NCBI GenBank assembly: GCA_963750165.1
Contig: CAVVPN010000012.1
Location: 480,001-544,000 of the forward strand
Direction: 5' to 3'
Length of the DNA stretch: 64,000 nt
DNA from: an uncultured Gemmataceae bacterium
GTDB taxonomy: Bacteria; Planctomycetota; Planctomycetia; Gemmatales; Gemmataceae
Below are positions 51,400-60,789 of this stretch, one piece after another. A program made the translations under genes and the position numbers. The notes under the pieces were generated by a model. The model had not been told where the DNA came from. It worked only from the letters and a program-made list of their open reading frames with translations, and made no database searches. Every line of letters starts with the position of its first letter. Position 1 is the first letter of the stretch.

Positions 51400-51669
51400 A
51401 TGCTGGATCGCGATGCCATTCGCCAAACCCTTATCGAGTTGCTGGAGGCCGACACCGGGAACCAGTATCCGGACCTGTCGGAAAGCAAGAAGCTCCGCGA
51501 GGAACTGGGCCTGGACTCGGTGGATGTGGTGAGCATTGTCTCGCAGATCGAGCGCCGCTTCCGTATCCGCCTGAGCCAGCAAGAACTGGAGACACTCATC
51601 ACCGTCGGCGACGTGCTCAACTTGCTCCAGACCAAACTCGCCGCGCCGCCCGACGCCGCCGCTGCATAG
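51400..51669 (+). CDS. Acyl carrier protein
   Basis: LGLDSVDVV phosphopantetheine motif. Confidence 0.92.
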   Translation: MLDRDAIRQTLIELLEADTGNQYPDLSESKKLREELGLDSVDVVSIVSQIERRFRIRLSQQELETLITVGDVLNLLQTKLAAPPDAAAA

Positions 51670-53023
51670 AAATACGAATCACGAAAACACGACAGAACGA
51701 AAACACGAAAAACCAAAAATAGTCTTTGTTTTTTTCGTGTTTTCGTGATTCGTATTTGATTTTCGGCTTCACGCCGCCTTGCTGCGCCTCGACGGTCGGC
51801 AGCTGCATGACGCGCTGCAGGCCGGCCAGCGCCTGCACCAGGCCGTCGATGGCCTCCGGCCGGTGGTTGGCGTTGACCTGGATGCGCAGCACGCCGCCGT
51901 GGTACGGCACCGCTGGAAACGTCACCGACTGGACATAGTAGCCGGCCTCGAAGAGCCGATGACCTGCCTTCAGCGTGTCCGCCTCGTCGCCCACCAGGAT
52001 CGAGATGATTGGCGTCTCGCCGCCCAGCACCACCAGCCCCAGCTGCTCCGCCCCGTGCGTCAGCCGCCGCAGGTTGCGCCGCAGCCGGCCGATGAGCAGG
52101 TCATACTCGCCCGACATCAGAATGTCGCAGACGGTGCAGATCGCCTCCAGGTACGCCGGCGCCACTGGACCGCCGAAGATGTACGTGTTCGACTTCATCT
52201 TCAGCAGTTCCTTGAACGCCGCCGGGCAGCCGATGAAGCCGCCCAGGCACGAGAACGCCTTGGACAGCGAGCCGATCACAAACGTGTTGTCGTAGTCGCC
52301 CAGCGCGTCCAGCACGGTGCCGCGGCCGTGGGTGCCGAGCACGCCGGTGCCGTGGGCGTCATCGACGTACAGCACCGCGTTGTGCCGCTTCGCCACCGCG
52401 TTCAGCTTGGCCAGCGGCGGCAGTGCCCCGGACATGCTGTACACGCCGTCGATGGCCACCAGGGCGACGCGGTACTCGCCGGCCGCGGTCAGCACCCGGG
52501 CCAGGTCGTCGGGGTCGCAGTGGCTGAACGGCAGCACGCGCACGCCGTTGGCCTTGGCGATGCGTGTGCCCTCATGGATGGAGTTGTGTGCCTGCTCGTC
52601 CACGACGATCAGGTCGCGGCGGCCGACCAGGCCGGGAAGGGCGCCCAGGTTGGCCAGCGTCACGGACGGGTAGATCAGGGCCGCTTCGGCGCCGAGCCAG
52701 GCGGCCACCTTGTCCTCGGCCTCGGCGTTGGCCCGCACGCAGGCGAAGGCGCGCGAGGCGCCGTTGTGGGTGCCCCAGCGGCGGACGCCGTGGATGACCG
52801 CCTCCTGCACGCGCGGATCCTGGTCCAGTCCCAGAAAGCTGTCGGAGCCGAAGTTGATGACGCGCTGGCCGTCCACCACCATACCGCGGTTCGCGTCCAC
52901 CTCATCGACCACCAGATCCTTGAGATGGCAGTCCGGGAACAGCGCCTTGAAGTGTTCGACGAAGCGCACCAGTCCGTGTTGCCGCACGGCGTGGATCAGT
53001 TGGTTCATTGGCGAGTCGGTCAT
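51617..53023 (-). CDS. PLP-dependent alpha-oxoamine synthase (BioF/serine palmitoyltransferase family); 3' end uncertain
   Basis: FLGL, HNSI, DGVYSMSG, DDAHG and SLSKA; tail reads through a palindromic repeat. Confidence 0.88.
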   Translation of the reverse strand: MTDSPMNQLIHAVRQHGLVRFVEHFKALFPDCHLKDLVVDEVDANRGMVVDGQRVINFGSDSFLGLDQDPRVQEAVIHGVRRWGTHNGASRAFACVRANAEAEDKVAAWLGAEAALIYPSVTLANLGALPGLVGRRDLIVVDEQAHNSIHEGTRIAKANGVRVLPFSHCDPDDLARVLTAAGEYRVALVAIDGVYSMSGALPPLAKLNAVAKRHNAVLYVDDAHGTGVLGTHGRGTVLDALGDYDNTFVIGSLSKAFSCLGGFIGCPAAFKELLKMKSNTYIFGGPVAPAYLEAICTVCDILMSGEYDLLIGRLRRNLRRLTHGAEQLGLVVLGGETPIISILVGDEADTLKAGHRLFEAGYYVQSVTFPAVPYHGGVLRIQVNANHRPEAIDGLVQALAGLQRVMQLPTVEAQQGGVKPKIKYESRKHEKNKDYFWFFVFSFCRVFVIRISMQRRRRAARRVWSGAS

Positions 53024-53356
53024 GCCAGCTTCTCACATTCCAGAAGAAGAGAAGGGAAGTGGTAGCGCGGCCGCGGTGTCCGACCCCGGCGCGGGCAATA
53101 AACCAAAAAGTTGTCGCTGTGACAAGCGCAATCCGGGTGTTCTTCTGGAATTGGGCGCGCTGCGCGCCCAATTCCTGGGGCGCGCCCTCGCCTGCAGGGT
53201 GTGCCGCTGGATTTTGGCGAGCGGCGCGGCGTCAGCCCGCCGGTGCGGTGTGTCACCGGCGGGCTGACGCCGCGCCGCTCGCCTGAAAATGCCAAAATGT
53301 AGCGGCGCACCCTCACCTGCATCCGCTGTTGACAGCCGTGCGGCTTTTCATTACAG

Positions 53357-54196
53357 ATGGCCCCACTACCCGCCGCGCACCTGGAGCCTGGCTATTCCGC
53401 CGTCGCTGCCGATGGGAAAGGAAGTCCGCGCGTGAACGTCATTGCTCCGCCGGCCGTCCGCTGCGCCGCCGTCGCCCACGCCGTGCGGCGTGTACCGGTC
53501 GCCGAGGTCGCCCCCCTGCGCCAGCAGCCGCACCCGACCTTGAGCCAGATGCTGCCCGCCAACCTGCTCAAGCACGCCGACGAGCAGACCGTGGTCGGCC
53601 TGGTTGCGGTGCTGCAAGCCGTCACGGACTTCGGGCTCGACCCCCAGGGCTTCGCCGACTGGGGCGTCCTGGGTGCGCCGCGCTTCATGGGCCGGGCCGC
53701 CATGGCCCAGGCGCTACAAAAATTCGCCCAGGAAGGTGCCTGGGGCATCTCGCCGCACTTGATCCCGCACCGTTCCCTGCACGCGCTGTCCGGCACGGTC
53801 AGCCAGGCGCTTCGCATCCACGGCCCCAACATCGGCGTCGGCGGCGGCCCCTTCGCCGTGGCCGAGGGGTTGGTCGCCGCCGCCGCGTTGTTCGCGCGCG
53901 AGCGGCTGCCGGGCGTCTGGCTGCTGCTGACCGGCACCGAGCACGAGGCCGTGTTCACCCATCAGCCTGTCTGCGTCGCGGTCGCCCTGGCGCTGGTGGC
54001 GGAAGGCCCCGGCCCGTGGGAACTGGAAATCGACTCGACCGCCACCGCGGCCGGCTGCGCGGCGCCCCTCACGCTGGAGGCGCTGGCGGCGGCGCTGGCC
54101 GACGACGAGCCGTCCACCGCGGCCTCCTGGCGGTTGGCGTGCGGCGGCCGGCTGCGGTTGCAGCGGAACGCGGGCTGCGAGGAGAAGCACAAGTGA
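53357..54196 (+). CDS. Non-catalytic ketosynthase-like (chain-length-factor-like) protein
   Basis: SPHLIP..SLHALSG.VS..L.IHGPN resembles KS N-domain; no catalytic Cys; overlaps the KS start. Confidence 0.65.
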   Translation: MAPLPAAHLEPGYSAVAADGKGSPRVNVIAPPAVRCAAVAHAVRRVPVAEVAPLRQQPHPTLSQMLPANLLKHADEQTVVGLVAVLQAVTDFGLDPQGFADWGVLGAPRFMGRAAMAQALQKFAQEGAWGISPHLIPHRSLHALSGTVSQALRIHGPNIGVGGGPFAVAEGLVAAAALFARERLPGVWLLLTGTEHEAVFTHQPVCVAVALALVAEGPGPWELEIDSTATAAGCAAPLTLEALAAALADDEPSTAASWRLACGGRLRLQRNAGCEEKHK

Positions 54197-55410
54197 GCAA
54201 GGGATCGGCGGTCTGGATCACCGGCGTCGGGGCGGCCACACCCCTGGGCACCACCTACCGGGCGATAGCCGACAGCCTGTTGGCCGGGCGCTCGGGCGTC
54301 TGCGCCCTGTCCGCTTTCGACGCCAGCCAGCACCCCAGCCGTATCGGCGGTGAGATCGACCAGCTCCCTTGCCCGCCAGACTCGGACTCGTCCGTCTTCG
54401 CCCGGCTGTCGCGCCAGGAGCAGGTGACGCTGTGGTGCTGCGTCGAGGCGCTGCGCGATGCCGGCTGGTATGCGCGCCGCGGCGAGGTGCGGCTCGGCCT
54501 GGTGCTGGGCATCGGCGCTGAGTGGCTGGTCAGCTGGGAAGTGGACGACCGGGCGGGCGGGCGCCGCGTCTATCATCCCGAGCAGGACCACGAATCGCTG
54601 ACGCAGTGGGCGGTGCGCCGGCTGCAACTGACTGGGCCGGCGGTGAGCGTGTCGGCGGCGTGCGCCAGCGGCAACTATGCACTGGCGCAGGCGCGGCGCT
54701 GGCTGGAGTTGGGCTGGGTGGACGTGTGTTTGGCGGGCGCCTGTGACATGGCGATGACACCGATGTCGGTGGCGGGCTTCGGCAATTTGCGGGCGCTGTC
54801 GCGGCGCAACGACGAGCCGCAGAAAGCGTCGCGGCCATTCGACGTGGATCGCGACGGCTTCGTGATGGGCGAGGGCGGCGCGATGTTCGTGCTGGAGCGC
54901 GCCGAGACGGCCCGGCGGCGGTCGGCGAAGGTGTACGCCGAGGTGGCGGGCTGCGGCGCCAGCAGCGACGCGCACAACATGGTGATTCCGAGTCCGCACC
55001 CGGAGCCGGCGACCGCGGCGATGCGGCAGGCGCTGGCGGACGCGGGCGTGGCACCGGGGGAAGTGGATTACGTCAATGCGCACGCCACGAGCACGCCGGT
55101 CGGCGACGTGGCGGAGGCGCGGGTGCTGGAGGCGGTGTTCGGCGCAGACTTGCCACGAGTGCCGGTGAGTTCGACCAAGAGCATGACGGGCCATCTGCTG
55201 ACGGCGGCCGCGGCGGTCGAGGCGCTGGCGTGCCTGGTGGCGATGGAGCGTCAGGCGCTGCCGCCGACGATCAACCTGGACAGGCCCGACCCGGAGTGCA
55301 AGCTGTGTCACGTCGCCAACGCGGCGCGGCCGCAGCGCGTGCGGGTGGCGCTGTCGAACTCGTTCGGCTTCGGCGGTAGTAACACCTGTCTGGTGCTGCG
55401 GGCGGCGTGA
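54193..55410 (+). CDS. Beta-ketoacyl-ACP synthase (FabF-like)
   Basis: AACASG, SRPFD, NAHATST, KSMTGH and NSFGFGG (Cys-His-His intact). Confidence 0.92.
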   Translation: MSKGSAVWITGVGAATPLGTTYRAIADSLLAGRSGVCALSAFDASQHPSRIGGEIDQLPCPPDSDSSVFARLSRQEQVTLWCCVEALRDAGWYARRGEVRLGLVLGIGAEWLVSWEVDDRAGGRRVYHPEQDHESLTQWAVRRLQLTGPAVSVSAACASGNYALAQARRWLELGWVDVCLAGACDMAMTPMSVAGFGNLRALSRRNDEPQKASRPFDVDRDGFVMGEGGAMFVLERAETARRRSAKVYAEVAGCGASSDAHNMVIPSPHPEPATAAMRQALADAGVAPGEVDYVNAHATSTPVGDVAEARVLEAVFGADLPRVPVSSTKSMTGHLLTAAAAVEALACLVAMERQALPPTINLDRPDPECKLCHVANAARPQRVRVALSNSFGFGGSNTCLVLRAA

Positions 55411-55414
55411 GAGT

Positions 55415-55461
55415 CGCTCTGCGCCCGATTTTCTGCCGCTTGCGGCAGAAAGAAGATAGCC
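55415..55461. repeat. Repeat with TTCTGCCGC-TT-GCGGCAGAA hairpin; second copy at 61686-61731
   Basis: Two similar copies directly after stop codons. Confidence 0.7.
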
Positions 55462-55683
55462 TGTCACTTCCCGAAGCTCGCAGGATCCTGACACCTTTTC
55501 CGCAGTCTTTTTCTCACTGCGATTCTCTCCATCGACGGTTGCCAGGCTTACCCAGCTCGCTGAGGAGATGAGCACCGCTCAGCGACGGGTCAGCCCGATG
55601 CAGGTCGCCGCACAACTGCTGGAGGAGGCGCTGCAACGTCTGCCTGGATCAACACAGGCGACTGGCGCACACGGCGGCCGTAA

Positions 55684-55739
55684 TTAGGGAGTTGGGAGTC
55701 GATTGACATCCTTATGTCAATCGACTCCCAACTCCCTAA
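55684..55739. repeat. Perfect 26-bp inverted repeat
   Basis: TTAGGGAGTTGGGAGTCGATTGACAT-CCTT-reverse complement. Confidence 0.8.
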
Positions 55740-55745
55740 CCGCTG

Positions 55746-56855
55746 TCACTTCCCAAAGCCCGACGGCTGCTCCTCCACCGTCACCTTGAGCTTCATCGTC
55801 TGGCCGCCGCGGACGATGCCGATCTCCGCCGCCTCGCTGATCGGCAGCGACACGATGGTGCTCTGCAGCACACGACCATCGCGGATCGGCCGACCGTTGA
55901 TCGCCGTAATCACGTCCTCCTTCTGCAAACCCGCCTTGGCCGCCGGCGTGTTCTCGTAGACCTCGGCAACCACGACGCCGCCGGTCTGCGCCAGGCCGAG
56001 CTTCTCCGCCTCCTCCAGCGGCAGATCACGGATGCCGATGCCCAGATAACCGCGGCGCACGAAGCCGTCGGTCACCAGCCCCTTGACGACCGCCCTCGCC
56101 AGGTTGCTCGACACCGCCAGACCAATGCCCGTGAAGCCGCCGGTGCGGCTCTTGATGGCGGCGTTGATGCCGACCACCTTGCCCGCCAGGTTCACCAGCG
56201 GCCCGCCGCTGTTGCCCGGGTTGATGGCCGCGTCGGTCTGCAGGAAGTCCTCGTACATGTTCATGGCCAGGCCGCTGCGGCCCTTGGCGCTGATGATGCC
56301 GTGCGTCACCGAGCCGGCCAGGCCGAACGGTGCCCCGACCGCCAGCACACGGTCGCCAATCTCCATCCGCTCGCTGTCGCCCAGCTCCAGCACTGGCAAA
56401 TTCAGCTTGGCCTTGGCGTCCAGGATGATGACAGCCAGATCGGTCTTGCGGTCGCCGCGAATGTCGCGCGTCACGAACCGGCGGCCGTCCAGCAGCTGCA
56501 CCGCCACCTCATCGACGCCATCGATGACGTGGTTGTTGGTCAGGATGACGCCCTTGGGATCGACCAGCACGCCGGAGCCCAGGCCGATGCGCGCCCCAGG
56601 GCCCTCGAACGGCCCCTCGTTGACGCGCGGCGGCAGCTTGAGCTTGAAGTTGGGGCCAGTCTCGATGCTGACGACGCCCGGCAGCACTTTCTTGACGATG
56701 TCGCGGTAGGAGCCGAATTCCTTCGGCGGCAGCGGCTGGGCCTGCGGGGCGGGGTTGACGACAGGGGCCTGACCATGCAGCAGCGGGGCCAGGAAGTAGC
56801 TGCCCAGGAGCGCCCCGAGCAGCAGACAGGCGGCGGCGACGGACCAGCGTTTCAT
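55746..56855 (-). CDS. HtrA/DegQ-like serine protease with one PDZ domain
   Basis: TNNHV, TDLAV and TDAAINPGNSGGPL. Confidence 0.95.
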   Translation of the reverse strand: MKRWSVAAACLLLGALLGSYFLAPLLHGQAPVVNPAPQAQPLPPKEFGSYRDIVKKVLPGVVSIETGPNFKLKLPPRVNEGPFEGPGARIGLGSGVLVDPKGVILTNNHVIDGVDEVAVQLLDGRRFVTRDIRGDRKTDLAVIILDAKAKLNLPVLELGDSERMEIGDRVLAVGAPFGLAGSVTHGIISAKGRSGLAMNMYEDFLQTDAAINPGNSGGPLVNLAGKVVGINAAIKSRTGGFTGIGLAVSSNLARAVVKGLVTDGFVRRGYLGIGIRDLPLEEAEKLGLAQTGGVVVAEVYENTPAAKAGLQKEDVITAINGRPIRDGRVLQSTIVSLPISEAAEIGIVRGGQTMKLKVTVEEQPSGFGK

Positions 56856-57107
56856 GAGTGGATACCCTCCTCGAAGAACCAGGACGCCGGGCGCCGCGAA
56901 CGGGGAGGCGGCGCGGGGTCACTCTTTATCATACGCATTCGGAACGCCTCCTTGCGCGACAGGCTGTCTCCGTCGTGCAGGCGGCTCGCCTGCACGACGC
57001 GCAACTTGAATCAAACTTGACAGATTTTTCGGAAGTCGCTATGCCCGCCGCTCCATTGAAGGGCAAATACCGGCCACATCCCCCGTGGCTATCCAGGAGG
57101 CAGAGCC

Positions 57108-57389
57108 ATGCCAGGCAAGCGACTATTGCTGACGGCGGTGCTGGGGTTGACGATGACGGCACTGGGCTGCTGTCGGATGTGCGAGCGCTGGTGCGGCCCG
57201 TCCCAGCAGGGGTGCTGTGCGCCGCCGCCGCCGGGGCAGGGGTGCCCATGCACGCCGACAGGTTCGTACTATCAAGCCCCGCAATGCTCGCCAGGCTGCG
57301 TCCCGGCGACCAGCAACGGGGTGCCCACCGTGCCGGTCCCGGCTGGCCAGCAGCAGTGGACGAAGCCCAACTGTGATTGCTACAAGTAG
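57108..57389 (+). CDS. Small Cys/Pro-rich exported protein (possible lipoprotein)
   Basis: AGGAGG RBS, signal ending ALGC, 12 Cys. Confidence 0.65.
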   Translation: MPGKRLLLTAVLGLTMTALGCCRMCERWCGPSQQGCCAPPPPGQGCPCTPTGSYYQAPQCSPGCVPATSNGVPTVPVPAGQQQWTKPNCDCYK

Positions 57390-57404
57390 GACCGGCTCAG
57401 TCAA

Positions 57405-58988
57405 TCACCTGCTGCCCGTGGTGCTGATCGTACCAGCGGCGCAACTCCGCGTCGCAGCGGCCCAGCCCCCAGCGCACAGCGCCAGCATGAGCAGCGCCCC
57501 GGCGAGCGGGCCGGGCAGCCACGTCCACGCGGCGTGAGCGGTCGTCGGCTGATAGACGCTGCCGGGCGGCACCAGCGCCGCCAGCGCCGGCCAGCCGAGC
57601 TGGAACAGTGCATATGCCAGCAGCGGCAGACCGACCGTCAGCAGCAGACCAAGGCCGCCCGCCTGTCGGCCGCGCGCGAACGCCCGAAAGCCCAGCGCGA
57701 AGTACAACCCCCAGAGCACCACACCCGCCGCCGTCAGTGCCAGTCCCTGGAGAAGCTGAAGCCGGCCCGCCACGACGGCCGCCGCGCACAGCAGCGCCGC
57801 CACCGCGAAGTAACCACGGCCGCGCCGCCATGCCGCCGCCGCGGCCGCCTCCCAGTAGTCGCGGGCCTCCAGTCCCGTCATCAGCAGCAGTTCCAGCCGC
57901 CGGCAGCGATCCTGGGTGTTGCTGTCCCACAGGCCGTACTGGAACGCGGCCGGCACCGCCGCCAGCACGATCAGCGCGCTCGCCAGCGCCGGCACGCCGC
58001 CGGCCCCATCGACGATGACGAACACCTGCCGCCCCAGCCACGCCGGCCAGTGCGGCCCCGCCACCAGGTAGGCCGCGTACAGCAGCGCGAAGCCTCCGGC
58101 CAGCCACAGGTTCACCGCCCCGGAATATTCCGTGACGCGCTTGACTGCCCACCAGCACAACGGCCGGTCCCCAACGACAGGCCGCCGGCCGCCGCGCTCG
58201 TCCACCGCCGGCAGGTAATGGCGCTCGTGGAAGTGCGGCTGCAACCGGGTCGCCGCCCGCGCCGCCAGCACCAGGACCGCCAGCAGCGTCAGGCTTTCCA
58301 GCGTCAGCGTCTCCGGCAACGTCAGCAGCGGCGGCCGCTCCAGGGCGATTTGCAGCACTGCGAACGGGCTGTAGCGGTGCAGCGCCTGGAAGGCGGCCAC
58401 GCACCAGTCGCCCAGGTCGCCGGGCAGCCAGGCCAGCCAGTCGCGCAGGTGCTCCGCCGCCAGCACGCCGATCAACAAATAAACAAGGATCAACAGGAAC
58501 ATCAGGCGTTCGCCCCAGCGGCGGGCGCGGGCCGGCTCGTACGCCCAGCCGACCAGCGCCAGCCCCGCCAGGGCGCCCCAGGTCCACGGCATCACCAGCA
58601 GCAGCGGCACGTCGAAGGGATGCAGTTTGCCTTCGAGCACCAGCGCCAGCAGCAACGGCAGTCCGGCGAGGCCGAGCAGCGCCAGCCGGCAGAGGCCGAC
58701 GAGCAGTTCCGCGACGAAGAGGCGGCGCGGCCGCAGTGGGCTGACGAGCAGGAACTCCAGGGCCTGGCTCTTCGGCAGCTGCGTCAACCGCCAGCCGATC
58801 AGCAGCGCCCCCTCGACGATGCCCGCGACCAGCAGGACGTGGCCGGCCAGCGGCGGCCGGGCGTCGGGCCGGGCGAGCAGCAGCAGGACGACGACGCCCA
58901 GCACCAGGACGTGGGCCGTCACCAGGCAGCGGAAGGCGTACTGCCGGCCGGGCGAGGTGGAGGCCAAAGCGAAGAAGGGATAGAGCAT
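57405..58988 (-). CDS. Polytopic membrane protein, ABC-permease-like duplicated architecture
   Basis: Many TM helices; repeated LEFLLVSPL / LELLLMTGL motifs. Confidence 0.7.
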   Translation of the reverse strand: MLYPFFALASTSPGRQYAFRCLVTAHVLVLGVVVLLLLARPDARPPLAGHVLLVAGIVEGALLIGWRLTQLPKSQALEFLLVSPLRPRRLFVAELLVGLCRLALLGLAGLPLLLALVLEGKLHPFDVPLLLVMPWTWGALAGLALVGWAYEPARARRWGERLMFLLILVYLLIGVLAAEHLRDWLAWLPGDLGDWCVAAFQALHRYSPFAVLQIALERPPLLTLPETLTLESLTLLAVLVLAARAATRLQPHFHERHYLPAVDERGGRRPVVGDRPLCWWAVKRVTEYSGAVNLWLAGGFALLYAAYLVAGPHWPAWLGRQVFVIVDGAGGVPALASALIVLAAVPAAFQYGLWDSNTQDRCRRLELLLMTGLEARDYWEAAAAAAWRRGRGYFAVAALLCAAAVVAGRLQLLQGLALTAAGVVLWGLYFALGFRAFARGRQAGGLGLLLTVGLPLLAYALFQLGWPALAALVPPGSVYQPTTAHAAWTWLPGPLAGALLMLALCAGGWAAATRSCAAGTISTTGSR

Positions 58989-59057
58989 GGTGGGGATGGG
59001 GGCGACTCGGTAATTGGGTGGGTCTCTGGTTTTAGGTGGTGCGTGATGAGGGAACGT

Positions 59058-59131
59058 GTGCCACTGCTTGGCCGCCCTTCTTGAACTGGACGGCGGTGCC
59101 AGAGACTTCGCGGGCGGCCAAGCAGTGGCAC
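59058..59131. repeat. Palindromic repeat GTGCCACTGCTTGGCCGCCC
   Basis: 20-nt inverted repeat. Confidence 0.7.
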
Positions 59132-59162
59132 ACCGACCCTCTCCCCACCGGCTTGCGGCCGA

Positions 59163-60017
59163 TCAACTCGGGACGACACACTTCTCCTGTACGCAGCGCG
59201 TCAGGCGGGTCATCAGGTCACGGCAGGAGGGCCAGCGGTCCTGCGGCACCGGGTCCAGGGCGCGCAGGATGATCGGCTGCTCGGCCGGCACCAGCATCGA
59301 CAGGTCCGGCGTGGGCCGCACGTAGCCAATGTGGAAGGCCGACGGCGTGTTGGGGAACGGCAGCCAGCCACCGCGCAGTTCGCAGTAGCTGACCGCCAGG
59401 GCGTACTGATCGGTGCGGTCGCTGAGCCAGCCCTGAAAGACTTCCGGGGCAGCGTAATGCAGCGTGCCGACCCGGCGGTGCTGACACCGCGGCGAACTGG
59501 TCGGACAGGCCAGGCTGAAGTCAGCGACCTTGACCTTGCCGCCGCGCAGCAGCAGGTTGCTCGGCTTGATGTCGCAGTGGCGCACGGCGACGCGCTGCTC
59601 ATCGAGCAGGTGCTGGCGGGCGTTCAGGTAGTCGAGGGCGTCGGCGGCCTGGCTCAGGAAGTGGCACAGGTGCTGCGGCACAATGCCGGTGCCGTACTCC
59701 TTGCGGTAAACCTCCAGCAGGTCGAACAGACTGCCCTCGGCCAGTTCCATGCCGATGACGACATGGCCGCCGAAGCACCAGATGCGGTCGATGCACAGCA
59801 GGTTGGGGTGACGGAGCTGGCGGATCGACTGCAGCGCGCGGACCTCCTGGGCGGAGGCCAGCGAACTACCGCAGGGCAGGAACTTCAGCGCGACCGCCTT
59901 GCCGTCCGGCTGCCGCGCCTCCCAGACCTCCCCCCAGCCGCCGCGCCCGAGGAATTTCACCAGGCGGTAGCCCGGAAACGGTTCCAGTCCTGGATTCAAC
60001 ACCTCGAGCTTGGTCAC
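59163..60017 (-). CDS. Stand-alone Ser/Thr protein kinase
   Basis: GRGGWGEV, VALK, HCDIKPSN, DFS and YAAPE. Confidence 0.9.
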   Translation of the reverse strand: MTKLEVLNPGLEPFPGYRLVKFLGRGGWGEVWEARQPDGKAVALKFLPCGSSLASAQEVRALQSIRQLRHPNLLCIDRIWCFGGHVVIGMELAEGSLFDLLEVYRKEYGTGIVPQHLCHFLSQAADALDYLNARQHLLDEQRVAVRHCDIKPSNLLLRGGKVKVADFSLACPTSSPRCQHRRVGTLHYAAPEVFQGWLSDRTDQYALAVSYCELRGGWLPFPNTPSAFHIGYVRPTPDLSMLVPAEQPIILRALDPVPQDRWPSCRDLMTRLTRCVQEKCVVPS

Positions 60018-60245
60018 GGGGTTTCCTCAAGGGCGCCAGGGGAGTGATCGGTGGCACCGCCACGATAGGCCGGCACGGATCAGGGCTGGAAAACTCTAGA
60101 CCCTGGCGGCGGCAAAGTCAAAAGCGACGGCCCATTACACCGCGCGCATCCCCGTAGCAGCGCCGGGGTCGCTTTGTGGGACGGCTCTCCAGAGCCGTCC
60201 CACGAAGGGGAGTCGCTCCCTTTGCCACTATGGGGACGCACCCCA

Positions 60246-60274
60246 TTGCACCGCGCCGCTGGTCGGGCTACAAT
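60246..60274 (+). promoter_or_regulatory. Putative sigma70 promoter of hpf-pts operon
   Basis: TTGCAC-N17-TACAAT. Confidence 0.6.
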
Positions 60275-60419
60275 TGCCACGGTCAAGTGCCGGGCGGGGC
60301 ACCAGCGCCCCGCGCGCCCGGCGAAGCATCCCGGCGGGAGAGGCAACCGCGGGGGCACCGAAGTCCAGGTCACCGGCCCGCGCCAGGCCAGGGGCGGCCG
60401 GCCACAAGGAGTTGCGTCT

Positions 60420-60776
60420 GTGCAAATCAAGATCTCCGCTCGCCACGGCCACCACCTGAATGACGGCACCCAGCAGTTCATCCGGGACAAGGCGCAAAAG
60501 TTGAATCACCTGTTCCAGCGCCTGACCATGATCGAGGTCACGGTAGACATGAACGACGAATTGAAGTTCGTCGAGTTCGTGGTGTCGGCCGAGCACAAGC
60601 ATGACTTCGTCGCCTCGGAGCGCAACAAGGATCTGTTGGCCGCGGTGGATCTGGTGATGGCGAAACTGGAAGGCCAGTTGCGCCGCTACAAGGAAAAGAT
60701 TCAGGACCATCGCCGCACGCCGTCCACGGGCGAGGTGACTGGCGCCCCGGCTACCGAGGAAACCGGCGACGAGTGA
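60420..60776 (+). CDS. raiA: Ribosome hibernation promoting factor / RaiA
   Basis: VQIKISARH...AAVD...KLEGQLRRYKEK; AAGGAG RBS; ptsN context. Confidence 0.9.
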   Translation: MQIKISARHGHHLNDGTQQFIRDKAQKLNHLFQRLTMIEVTVDMNDELKFVEFVVSAEHKHDFVASERNKDLLAAVDLVMAKLEGQLRRYKEKIQDHRRTPSTGEVTGAPATEETGDE

Positions 60777-60789
60777 TGGAGGGCAACCC

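Noticed and set aside
53329..54192. 693-aa fused ketosynthase ORF
   Set aside because: The upstream part is an off-frame shadow of 53357-54196; the KS starts at GTG 54193
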